Positions 38,549 to 47,697 of a DNA stretch of 64,000 bases are shown here, one piece after another. Source of the DNA: an uncultured bacterium. Its GTDB lineage: Bacteria; Planctomycetota; UBA1135; GCA-002686595. Position 1 is the first letter of the stretch, and the number at the start of each line of letters is the position of its first letter. The position numbers and the translations under genes were made by a program. Under the pieces are notes generated by a model. It did not search any database and was not told the origin of the DNA. It worked only from the letters and a program-made list of their open reading frames with translations. The stretch lies in contig CALSNU010000001.1 of NCBI GenBank assembly GCA_943787795.1, positions 1,120,001 through 1,184,000 of the forward strand, written 5' to 3'.

Positions 38549-41500
38549 GTGAATCTCCTCAGCACGCCTGCCGCCGCCGTAGCGGCCCTGTTCAACAAGG
38601 TCCGTCTCGCGCTTCTCGCCATCGCCGTTGTTGCGGTGCCCGCCTGCTCTTCCTCGAGCGGCCCGGACGCCGTCACGACCGGCGAGATGGTCCAGAACCT
38701 CACCCTCGATCCGGCTGGCCAGACCATCGTCGCTACGCTGCAGGGGCTCGAAGGGACGATCCCTACGGCCTCAATCGAGGCCTCCGGCGGCCAGAGCGCG
38801 ACCAGCGTGACCCAGTCGGGCGCGACGTTCTCCATCACCTTTGACGAGATCGTCTCCCCGGATCACCAGGTCCGGTTCCTGGGACTCAGTGGCGTGACTG
38901 AGGAGTGGCGCCCCGTCACCTCGAGCGACTCACGGGAGACGGCCTTCTCGGTTGTCTCTGCCACGCAGGACACCTCGGACCTCGTGCTGGGGGGGGATAC
39001 GATCTCCGTTGAGTTCTACGCGGGGCCCAGGGTCATCGAGACCGAGGCCGAGGACATTGCCAACTGGACGCTCTCGGTTGAGGGGACGACTCTCGACCTG
39101 GTGGGGTCGAGCATCAGCTTCGATAACGCGACGCAGGTCGCGAGCCTTACCCTGGGCCGCTTCGCGAACCTCCACTCGTCCTTCACGATCAGCTGCAATG
39201 CCGCGACCGTCGCGGCGACGTCCGTCTGGAATGTCACCCTGACCGGGGCGGCCACAGGAGACGCGGCGGCTCCAACCGTCTCGACCGTGACCCAGGACCT
39301 CAACGCGGTCTCCCCTGGCGATGAGTTCGGCCGGGTCCTGGTCTTTGACTTCAACGAGCCCGTCAGCCCGATCTTCGGCGCGCAGCCCGCCAACTTCACC
39401 GTCGTGGATCACGCCCAAGCTCAGGGCGTGACCATGCCGACCAGCGTGGACTTCGAGGCCGGCGACGACTCGCAGCTGCGCGTTACCTTCAGTCGGCCGG
39501 TGGTGCCCGGCCTGGACCAGATCGACATTGACGGGCTGGTAGATGCTCACGGCAACCAGATCGTGGCCGTGACCAATTCGATCATCGCCGGCAGCGCTCC
39601 CGCCAACTCGTTTACTAGCGTGACGTTCGAGACGGTGGAGGGGGCGGGCAACGACCGCATGATCGCCAGCACGTCCCAGGCGCTGGACCCGGACACCGCG
39701 GCAGACGCGGCTCTCTGGGCGCTCACGGTCGGCGGTGGCGTCGGGGTCGTGGATCTCACGGCCCAGACGCTCAGCTACGACCTCCTGAGCCGTACCTTAA
39801 CGGTCGACCTGGTCTTCGACGTCCCGAACGGGACGACCGGCGACCTGGTCGCCTCAGGCGTCATTGAGGTGGACGGTGAGGCCTTCTCCGTCGCCGCAGC
39901 TCAGGCGCTCGCCGCCGGTGACTCGAGCTCACCCGGGGTCTCCTCGCTCACGCAGAACCGGATCACGGACAGTTCCGGCAAGACGGTGGACGTGACCTTC
40001 ACCGAGGACCTCGATCCCACGACCGCGCAAGACCCTGCCAACTACACCTTCGCTCCTGCTCTGACGGTGAACTCGGCCACCTTGATGGCCGGCAATCTCG
40101 TGCGGCTGCAAACGGACGACGTGGCCCTGCCGGGGGACTACACCCTCAGCCTGGCGCAGGTCGTGTCTGATCCGGCAGGTAACGACCTCGGCGCGCCCTT
40201 CGGACCCGCAGCGTTCCCCTCGACGGACGTCGCGGCGCCCTCCGCGATCGCCGCGTCGGGCACGGCGGTCGAAGGAGCTGAGAACGACCAGATCTCTGTC
40301 CTCTTCGACGATGTCATGGTTGCAGCCGAGGTGCAGAATCTGAGCAACTGGACCCTCGAGTCGCCGATCGGCACCCCGGTCAACCTGGCTGGCTCGTCGG
40401 TCACCTACACTGCGGTGAGCTCTGCCGAGCTCAGCATCGCCACGCTCGTGCTCGACGCGCCCGGCGCGGCTGCGCTGGTCCGATCCTACGACCTGCAGGT
40501 CGACTTCAGCGGCATGCGTGACCTCGGAGGCAACTCTGTCCTGGGGACCCCCGTCGCCGCGACCGTGGTCGGTGAGGCCAATCGGCCGGGGCTGGAGGCT
40601 GCCTTCATCAACGCCGGCGTTGGAGACGAGGTCACGCTCCGCTTCTCCGAGCCCATGCGCAGAATCACAGACCTCTTCGACGCCGTCTCGAACCCCGCTG
40701 GGGTCAAGTACACCGTGACGGACGCGGTCAGTGGGTCTCCGCTGACGCCGGTCTCTGTCACGGAGGTGGACGGCGGCCTCGGGGCGGTCCTGTCCTTCGG
40801 TACGGTGATCGATCCGGCGTCCACGGTCGACGTTGTCGGGCTGGTGGACCTCGCGGGGAACGTCCTCTTCCCGGTCCTCGCGTCGGCCCTCGAGGCCGAG
40901 GTCACCGACGTCCCGGCGATCAGCTCGGTGACCTTCCTGGCGGTCGAGGGCAGCGACAATGACCAGATCAGCGTGACCTTCAATCAGCCCATGTCGGCCT
41001 GGGGAATCACCTCCGCGGAGAGCTACAGCTGCGCGGATTCCAGGCCGGCTCCGGTCGCGCTGACGGACGCGGCCTTCAGCTTCGACGGCGTGGACACGGT
41101 CACGATCAGCCTCGCTGCCGCGAGCAACGTGGACCTGCAGAGCGCCCTGACCTATACGCTCACCCTGGAGACGTCGCCGACCCGGCCCCTGCGGACCAAG
41201 TATGGGGTGGCGCTGCCCATCTCCTCGTCCTCGCCGGCGACGGCCGTGACGGGGGACGTCACCGTGGGTCCGTCCCCGACAACCAGCCTGGCCATTGTTG
41301 ACCCGAGCTCCACGGAGAATGCCTTCGTGATCTTCAGCGAGAGTGTCAACGCCACGGAGGCCGTGTACGTCCTGAACTACACCTATGACGGGGGTACGGC
41401 CGCCACCTCAGCGGTGCTGGTCGATCCCCGGGTGGTCCAGGTGACCTTCACCGGGGCCACGGTCGCGCCAGCGGGCGTGGTTGATGTGCTTGCCAGCGTG

Positions 41501-42166
41501 GTTGACACCGCGGGCAACGCCTCCGCCGGCTTGCTGAGCCTGGCGGTGACGTCCGACTCGACCGCTCCGACGATCACCTCTGCGACCGCCGTGATCGCCC
41601 CTGGGTTTGGCGGGGACTACGTGGACGTGGCGTTCAATGAGGCGCTCGACCCCGCGACCGCCTCGGTGAGCGCGAACTATGCCCTGACCGTCGGCGGCGA
41701 GACGCTGCGCCTCCTGGGCGTGATCCACGACAGCGAAGCGAACTCGATTCGCCTGCTGGTCGAGGACATGCCGGAGGGCAGCACCGTCGTCACGACCGTG
41801 CAGAACGTCGCGGACTTCGCGGGTAACGCCCTGGCCCTGCCGGTCGCCACACCCGCGGTCGCGGGCGGGGACGTCACGATCCCTGCGCTCGGCGGTGGGG
41901 TGATCAACCTCTGGTGGGATGCCGCCGGGACGACGGTCGACCTGCGCTTCTCCGAGGACATCGACTACGCCTTCCCCGAGGTCCTGGCGAACTGGAGCAC
42001 CTCAGGGACCGCCACCGTCACGGCGGCCGAGGCGATCGGGCTCGACCACGTGCGGCTGACGCTCTCGGCGCCGCTCGCTGTGGGCGAGACGCTGGACCTC
42101 CAGGCGGGCCTCGCTGACTCCGCTGGCAACGTGGCGGGCAGCCTCTCGATCTCGCCTTCGAACTGA
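38549..42166 (+). CDS. Large lipoprotein built from tandem Ig-like (Big_5-type) domains
   Basis: VPAC lipobox; repeated VxF(S/N/T)E...N(Y/W) and DxAGN motifs; Thr/Val/Ala-rich; start approximate. Confidence 0.88.
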   Translation: MNLLSTPAAAVAALFNKVRLALLAIAVVAVPACSSSSGPDAVTTGEMVQNLTLDPAGQTIVATLQGLEGTIPTASIEASGGQSATSVTQSGATFSITFDEIVSPDHQVRFLGLSGVTEEWRPVTSSDSRETAFSVVSATQDTSDLVLGGDTISVEFYAGPRVIETEAEDIANWTLSVEGTTLDLVGSSISFDNATQVASLTLGRFANLHSSFTISCNAATVAATSVWNVTLTGAATGDAAAPTVSTVTQDLNAVSPGDEFGRVLVFDFNEPVSPIFGAQPANFTVVDHAQAQGVTMPTSVDFEAGDDSQLRVTFSRPVVPGLDQIDIDGLVDAHGNQIVAVTNSIIAGSAPANSFTSVTFETVEGAGNDRMIASTSQALDPDTAADAALWALTVGGGVGVVDLTAQTLSYDLLSRTLTVDLVFDVPNGTTGDLVASGVIEVDGEAFSVAAAQALAAGDSSSPGVSSLTQNRITDSSGKTVDVTFTEDLDPTTAQDPANYTFAPALTVNSATLMAGNLVRLQTDDVALPGDYTLSLAQVVSDPAGNDLGAPFGPAAFPSTDVAAPSAIAASGTAVEGAENDQISVLFDDVMVAAEVQNLSNWTLESPIGTPVNLAGSSVTYTAVSSAELSIATLVLDAPGAAALVRSYDLQVDFSGMRDLGGNSVLGTPVAATVVGEANRPGLEAAFINAGVGDEVTLRFSEPMRRITDLFDAVSNPAGVKYTVTDAVSGSPLTPVSVTEVDGGLGAVLSFGTVIDPASTVDVVGLVDLAGNVLFPVLASALEAEVTDVPAISSVTFLAVEGSDNDQISVTFNQPMSAWGITSAESYSCADSRPAPVALTDAAFSFDGVDTVTISLAAASNVDLQSALTYTLTLETSPTRPLRTKYGVALPISSSSPATAVTGDVTVGPSPTTSLAIVDPSSTENAFVIFSESVNATEAVYVLNYTYDGGTAATSAVLVDPRVVQVTFTGATVAPAGVVDVLASVVDTAGNASAGLLSLAVTSDSTAPTITSATAVIAPGFGGDYVDVAFNEALDPATASVSANYALTVGGETLRLLGVIHDSEANSIRLLVEDMPEGSTVVTTVQNVADFAGNALALPVATPAVAGGDVTIPALGGGVINLWWDAAGTTVDLRFSEDIDYAFPEVLANWSTSGTATVTAAEAIGLDHVRLTLSAPLAVGETLDLQAGLADSAGNVAGSLSISPSN

Positions 42167-42194
42167 TCCCGCGCGTCTGAACTTGCGCCCCATG

Positions 42195-42232
42195 GGAGGG
42201 GGGTCGGAATCATTTTCCGGCCCCCCTTCCTT
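42195..42232 (+). terminator. Hairpin after the Ig-like lipoprotein gene
   Basis: GGAGGGGGGTCGGAA-TCATT-TTCCGGCCCCCCTTCC. Confidence 0.65.
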
Positions 42233-42348
42233 CGTGCGTGGGGGCGGAGAAGCGGCCTTCGCCCGACATCCGTGATTCCCATACAGATCCCCGTGCAGGT
42301 CGCTCGATAACCCTAGTGCCCGCTTCAAGCGGACTCTTCCTGCCAATC

Positions 42349-42903
42349 ATGATTCGAGACGCCAACTTCGAGGATCTCCGACGCTCGGCCAATCGCCGCC
42401 GGTTGGTGCACATCGTGATCGGTTCGACGGTCCTGTCCACTCTGCTGACGGTCGGCGTGACTCGGGAAGTGAAGATCTACCGGGAGGTCGGCGCCGTTCA
42501 CCCCGCTGATGTCCGCGACCTCTCTGCCCTCGAGCAGCGGAATGTGGAGCTGGAGCGTATCGCGAGGACGCATCACTTCTGGACTGGCGCGATCGGGCTG
42601 CGGGGCGAGATCTCGGACCTGACTGTCGCGATCGCCGAGCTTCGACGCGCATCAGACGCGCGTGAGGCCGAGTCTCAACGGGAAGAGGAGCGCCTCCGTG
42701 AGGAGGCGGAGCTGGAGCGTATGCGCGGCCTTGCGGCCGTGGAGCGGGGCCGGTACTCGGAGGCCTTGAGCCACTTCAAGGCGGCGCGACAGATCTCCGA
42801 TTCGGTCGGCCCGACGGGGTTCGCCGGCGGTCCGTGGAGTCATCGAGAGCAGGTGATCCTCGATATCCAGGCCCTCGAGCAGTGGGAGGCGGAGCGCCGC
42901 TGA
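42349..42903 (+). CDS. Single-TM protein with coiled coil and TPR-like helix pair
   Basis: TM LVHIVIGSTVLSTLLTVGV; RGLAAVERGRYSEALSHFKAA. Confidence 0.8.
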   Translation: MIRDANFEDLRRSANRRRLVHIVIGSTVLSTLLTVGVTREVKIYREVGAVHPADVRDLSALEQRNVELERIARTHHFWTGAIGLRGEISDLTVAIAELRRASDAREAESQREEERLREEAELERMRGLAAVERGRYSEALSHFKAARQISDSVGPTGFAGGPWSHREQVILDIQALEQWEAERR

Positions 42904-42913
42904 GCGAGCAGTC

Positions 42914-43978
42914 ATGGCCCTCTTGAAGAACATCTGGACCCGTGTATCGGGTTACGCCCTGGATCGTGCATCGACTCCTGAGGCGGCCGCGCGTCGGGTC
43001 CGAAAGCTCGCCGGGGGCGGGGACTACAGCGGCGCCCTGGAGGTCTGCAAGGACGCTCTTGACCGCTTCCCCGAGGACCACAAGCTCCAGCGCTTGTCTC
43101 GCGATGTGCGGCTCGCTGAGCGGGACACTCGGCGAAGCTCGCTCATGGCCGAGCTCGAGGCGACCCCCTCGGTGGATGGTTACCGCGAGCTGTGCGACCT
43201 GCTGCTGAAGCGGGGCGAGGCCGCCGGTGCGCTCGAATTCGTCGGCCGCTGGCGGCAGGTCGATTCCTCCGGAGAGCCGCTCTACTACGAGGCGGCAGCC
43301 TTCGGCGAGCTCTTCTTCGGGAACCACCTGAGCCGAGACGGGCTGCGCGCGTTCCAGCTGGCCGCGGAGGCCGGGAAGATCCGGAGGGATGACCCGCGGC
43401 CCTTCCGCCTCCAATTCGAGATCGCGCGCCGCTGTGGTGCCTGGGAAGACGCCCGCATCGCGCTCGCCCGCCTCCTCGACCTGATGCCAGGCAACCGGCT
43501 CATCGAGGGGCGCTTTCGCGGCGTGATCGCCAACTGCGCGAACTCACGATCGCTCTCGAAGGCGATCGCGGACGTCGAGCGCACTGGCCGGTTCCTGGAT
43601 GACGACCTCGACACGGATGGAACCCTCGACCGCGACCTGATCCGCCCGGGCCTGCAAGAGCTCGCTGGGCGGGATGATGTTCACGTGGCGTTCTTCCTGC
43701 GCGGCAATACTGCGCTTGTTCAGGGAGCCCAGGGGACGGCGGCTGATCGATCGGCGCGGGCCGTCCGAGATGTCCTGTCCATGACGCGGAGTTCGTCGCG
43801 GAAGCTCTTGCTGGGCGTTCCGGTGGAGCTGCGCTGTGAGGGGTCCGGTGGGTCGCTGGTCTTGAAGGCGGGCGATGAAGGCACGGCCGCGGTCTGGGCC
43901 GCGCGCAGCCTGACCGAGACATCGAGCCGACTCATGTCCGAGCTTTCGAGCGGATCCGTTGTGGAGAAGGCCGCATGA
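42914..43978 (+). CDS. TPR protein with C-terminal roadblock-like domain
   Basis: GDYSGALEVCKDALDRFP TPR; C-terminal ~110 aa show an alpha-beta-beta-alpha-beta-beta-beta-alpha pattern. Confidence 0.8.
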   Translation: MALLKNIWTRVSGYALDRASTPEAAARRVRKLAGGGDYSGALEVCKDALDRFPEDHKLQRLSRDVRLAERDTRRSSLMAELEATPSVDGYRELCDLLLKRGEAAGALEFVGRWRQVDSSGEPLYYEAAAFGELFFGNHLSRDGLRAFQLAAEAGKIRRDDPRPFRLQFEIARRCGAWEDARIALARLLDLMPGNRLIEGRFRGVIANCANSRSLSKAIADVERTGRFLDDDLDTDGTLDRDLIRPGLQELAGRDDVHVAFFLRGNTALVQGAQGTAADRSARAVRDVLSMTRSSSRKLLLGVPVELRCEGSGGSLVLKAGDEGTAAVWAARSLTETSSRLMSELSSGSVVEKAA

Positions 43979-44607
43979 TGAAGGACGTCCTGGATTCGGT
44001 GACGAGCCAGCAAGGGGTTCGCCTGGCCGCGATCTTCAGCAACGAGGGCGTGCCCCTCTGCATTCTCGAGGCCGACAGCATCGCTGGCGGTTGGGTTGAC
44101 ATCACCACTGGCTCGACCGTCGCGGTCGACGCCGAGCGCCAGCAGGTGGACGCGGCGTCTATCGTGGCCTTCGCAGCGAGCTGGGTCGAGGACCTCGCCC
44201 GGACGAGTGGGGGGGCCGGCTGGGACTTCGAGAAGCGCTTCTCCATGATCGCCACAGAGGGGGCGCTTGTGGTGCAGCTTGGTCCCGGTGCCAATGTCCT
44301 CGCGGTGCTTGAGCCCGGTGCGGACCCCCAGAGCGTTCACTTCCCCATGGATGTCGCGGTTGAGCGCCTTCATCGGCTGCTCCGCGAAATGGGCCGATCC
44401 GAACAGGAGCAACCGCCCGCGCCGATCGCGGGCGTTCAAACGGAGAGCGAGGGGGCCGCCAGCGCGGCTGGATCCTCGAAGCCGAGCGGAACGGTTCCGC
44501 TCGGGCAACTGATGACCAACACCGTCAGTGAGCCGGGCGCGGCCGCTGACGTCCCGACGGCTGGCGCCGTCAACAACGCAACCAACAGATCCTCGGGAGA
44601 CCACTGA
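43975..44607 (+). CDS. Roadblock/LC7 domain protein (MglC-like)
   Basis: GVRLAAIFSNEGVPL; FSMIATEGALVVQ; VLAVL; ATGA overlap with the upstream gene. Confidence 0.82.
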   Translation: MMKDVLDSVTSQQGVRLAAIFSNEGVPLCILEADSIAGGWVDITTGSTVAVDAERQQVDAASIVAFAASWVEDLARTSGGAGWDFEKRFSMIATEGALVVQLGPGANVLAVLEPGADPQSVHFPMDVAVERLHRLLREMGRSEQEQPPAPIAGVQTESEGAASAAGSSKPSGTVPLGQLMTNTVSEPGAAADVPTAGAVNNATNRSSGDH

Positions 44608-44608
44608 G

Positions 44609-45934
44609 ATGGTTCAGATCAACTTTGCTCAGAAGAGCGTGACGGTGAAGATCGTCTACTACGGCCCCGGCATGTCCGGAAAGACCACCAACCTCGAGAT
44701 CGTCCATCAGCGGGCGCCCGAGTCCAACAAGGGGGATCTGACCAGCATCTCGACGGACGGCGATCGAACGCTGTTCTTCGACTTCATGCCCCTGGACCTG
44801 GGGACGGTGGCGGGGATGCGGACGCAGTTCCAGCTCTACACGGTTCCTGGCCAGGTCTACTACAACTCGACGCGCAAGCTAGTGTTGCAGGGCGTGGACG
44901 GTGTCATCTTCATCGCTGACTCCAGCGGCTCGATGATGGATGAGAACCTGGAGTCTCTCCGCAACCTGGAGGAGAACCTCCGGGAGTACGGGAAGGACAT
45001 CTCCACCATCCCGATGGTGATCCAATACAACAAGCGCGACCTGCCGGACGCGCTCTCTGTCGAGGAGTTGGAGGCCAAGATCAACCGCTACGGCGCCCCC
45101 TCGTTCGAGGGCATCGCGAGCTCAGGCCAAGGCGTCTTTCCGACGCTGAAGTCCCTCGCAGCGAGCGTGCTCGACACGATCCATGAGCAGACAGGCGCGG
45201 CGAGCGCTGGCCGTCCGGCGACCGCCCCCGCGGCAGTACAGCCCGCCGCAGTGCAGCCCGCCGCAGTGCAGCCCGCGGCCCCGCTTCCGGCGCCCGCGGC
45301 CGCCGCGCCTGCCCCGCAGCAGCCACCCGCCGTTCCCGCCTTGGCGGGGCAGGGGCAGCAGGGTGCTGCGGCGCTGGGGACGCCGCCCCAGCCAGCTGGC
45401 GCTGCACCGATGATGTCGATGCCGCCCACCGCCCCGGCTCCACAGGCTCCTGCAGCTCAGGCCCCCGCTGCCCAGGCCCCCGCTGCCCCGGCCCAGCCCG
45501 CCCAGGCTTCGGCGCCGACCGCCCCGGCGGAGGGGCTGCGCCTCGCGGAAAGTCGTCCTGCATCCGCCGCTCCGGCTCCCATGAGCCCGCCGGCCATGCC
45601 CGCCTCACCCCCCGCTTCGGCGATCCCGATGGCTCCGACCCCGCCCCCTGCGTCCTCGCCGCCTCAGGCGCCGGCCGCCAACAGGGGCGCGACGGCTCGG
45701 GCCTATGCGCCCACGGTCGCAGGTCAGCCAGGCCCCGGCGCCTCGGTGCCCGGGCCTCGCGCAGGCAGCACGGCGCCTTCCGGACGCCTTCGCCCGCGCG
45801 GCGCCTCCACTCGGGCCATGTCGGCGACGCCTCAGCAGTCGGCCAGGAAATCCACGTTCATCACCGCCGCCGTGGTCGTCGTCGCTGTTGCGGCGGGGAT
45901 CGCGATCGGCGGAGCCGTGTTCAACCTTATCTGA
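44609..45934 (+). CDS. mglA: MglA-family small GTPase with Pro/Ala/Gln linker and C-terminal TM
   Basis: KIVYYGPGMSGKTTN, DRTLFFDF, LYTVPGQ, YNKRD; ends FITAAVVVVAVAAGIAIGGAVFNLI. Confidence 0.95.
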   Translation: MVQINFAQKSVTVKIVYYGPGMSGKTTNLEIVHQRAPESNKGDLTSISTDGDRTLFFDFMPLDLGTVAGMRTQFQLYTVPGQVYYNSTRKLVLQGVDGVIFIADSSGSMMDENLESLRNLEENLREYGKDISTIPMVIQYNKRDLPDALSVEELEAKINRYGAPSFEGIASSGQGVFPTLKSLAASVLDTIHEQTGAASAGRPATAPAAVQPAAVQPAAVQPAAPLPAPAAAAPAPQQPPAVPALAGQGQQGAAALGTPPQPAGAAPMMSMPPTAPAPQAPAAQAPAAQAPAAPAQPAQASAPTAPAEGLRLAESRPASAAPAPMSPPAMPASPPASAIPMAPTPPPASSPPQAPAANRGATARAYAPTVAGQPGPGASVPGPRAGSTAPSGRLRPRGASTRAMSATPQQSARKSTFITAAVVVVAVAAGIAIGGAVFNLI

Positions 45935-45942
45935 GGGGCTCC

Positions 45943-46446
45943 ATGCGTATCTCGGATGAGAACCTCCGGCAGGGCCGGCTCGTGTTCTACGAGCAGGACG
46001 TCTGCCGACTCGACGGGGAGCTCGACGGCTTCCTCGAATTCTCCGGTGCCCGATGCGCGGTCCTGATTGACCGTGAGGGGCACCTGGTGACCCGCCGTGG
46101 CGATACCGCTTCTGCCAACCTCGACTCGCTATCGGCGCTCATGGCCGGCAGCTTCGCGGCGACCAAGGAGATCGCTCATCAGCTCGGCGAGGAGAGCTTC
46201 AGCACGCTGCTGCACCAGGGCGATCAGCAGAGCATTCAGGTTTCGATCGTGGGAGAGCGGACGCTCTTCTGCGTGGTCTGGGATGAGCGAAGCAACTTCG
46301 GCCTCGTTCGGTTCTACGCCCAGGAGACGACGAAGCGGCTCGAGCAGATCTTCAAGGAGATGTCAGATCGCACGGAAAACCCGAGCGTGAGCCTGTCGGA
46401 CGGATACTCCGACGAGGCGGCAGCTGCGCTCGACGATCTCTTCTGA
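45943..46446 (+). CDS. mglB: MglB roadblock protein (GAP of MglA)
   Basis: LVFYEQD, LIDREG, LSALMAGSFAATKEIA, HQG, FGLVR, acidic C-terminal helix ALDDLF. Confidence 0.93.
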   Translation: MRISDENLRQGRLVFYEQDVCRLDGELDGFLEFSGARCAVLIDREGHLVTRRGDTASANLDSLSALMAGSFAATKEIAHQLGEESFSTLLHQGDQQSIQVSIVGERTLFCVVWDERSNFGLVRFYAQETTKRLEQIFKEMSDRTENPSVSLSDGYSDEAAAALDDLF

Positions 46447-46876
46447 CCCGCACTGCCCCGTCTGATCCGCGCTGGCTCTTCTGATTCGCACGGGCTCCTG
46501 ATCACTCGAGCGGGTCCCCGCTGCCGAGCTTCGGCTCCGAGTCGGCTTGGTGGATCCTGGAAAGCGCGGTCTCCTGGGCCGAAAAGTCGACCTCAATGAG
46601 GGCGCACTCGCGGGACGCGAGCGCGCCCTCTGTCGTTGAATCGCACGCGCGGCGTTGCGGTGACGTGCGCGCAAGCTCCTTTATTTTCAACGCTTGGGGC
46701 GGCGTTCTTGGAAATCCACCATTGCGGTCGGAAAACGCTCCGGATTTACGCGGAGATTTGAGACAGGTCACCCATAGACGCGTCGATGGACGCACCGATG
46801 TCGTGGTTTCCCCTCGCGCTCGCTTCGAGCGCGAACCATCCCCCCAGGGCCTCACGGTCCAAGGAGAACCACTCAA

Positions 46877-47254
46877 ATGGCAAAGAAGAAAGCCACCCGC
46901 AAGAAGGCGACCAAGAAGGCCGCCAAGAAGAAGGTCGCCAAGAAGAAGGTGACCAAGAAGAAGGCCGCCAAGAAGGCGACCAAGAAAAAGGCCACCAAGA
47001 AGAAGGCGACCAAGAAGGCCGCCAAGAAGAAGGTGACCAAGAAGAAGGCCACCAAGAAGAAGGCGACCAAGAAGGCCGCCAAGAAGAAGGTGACCAAGAA
47101 GAAGGCCGCCAAGAAGAAGGTCGCCAAGAAGAAGGCGACCAAGAAGAAGGCCACCAAGAAGAAGGCCACCAAGAAGGCCGCCAAGAAGAAGGTGACCAAG
47201 AAGAAGGCCACCAAGAAGAAGGCGGCCAAGAAGAAGGCCACGCGCCGCCGCTGA
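46877..47254 (+). CDS. Histone H1-like lysine-rich protein
   Basis: AAGGAG RBS at 46861; 69 K plus 4 R in 125 aa, in KKK(AT/AA/VT/VA) units. Confidence 0.93.
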   Translation: MAKKKATRKKATKKAAKKKVAKKKVTKKKAAKKATKKKATKKKATKKAAKKKVTKKKATKKKATKKAAKKKVTKKKAAKKKVAKKKATKKKATKKKATKKAAKKKVTKKKATKKKAAKKKATRRR

Positions 47255-47697
47255 TCTTCCAGCCCCGGTCCTCACTCGACACGCAACGGCGTCCGGCTGC
47301 GCAACTGCGCTTCATCGCCGGGCTCCCGCGAGTTGCCTCGCCCCTCAGGGTCTTCGCTCCACCGCACAGGAGAGCGAGCGTCTGGGGTCGGACAGCAGCG
47401 CGCGCTGACGAGAGTGGGCAGGTGGTTCACCCCGCCCGCGCTGCGCGCTGATGGACCCCAGGGACATCACGCCCCGTAGCGAGAAGAGGGGATCGGAGCA
47501 AAGACTCAGCGAATGCGCCCCCGCCGGCCGCGGGATCATCTGGTGTGGATGGTCTCACGAATCGGTACCGAACGACGAGGCGGCCCCATCCCTGCAGGGG
47601 GTGGGGCCGCCTTTCTCATGGACGGAGTCGACCTCGGCGGCTGATCTGATGCCAGGTCGGGGCGGGCCGCGGACTGTCCCCGGCTCAAGCCCTAGAG

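Noticed and set aside
46502..47451. Low-complexity ORFs (LLLGG, FFLVA, SSWWP, QEEG)
   Set aside because: Alternative frames of the Lys-rich gene; only the MAKKK frame has an RBS and a known protein type.
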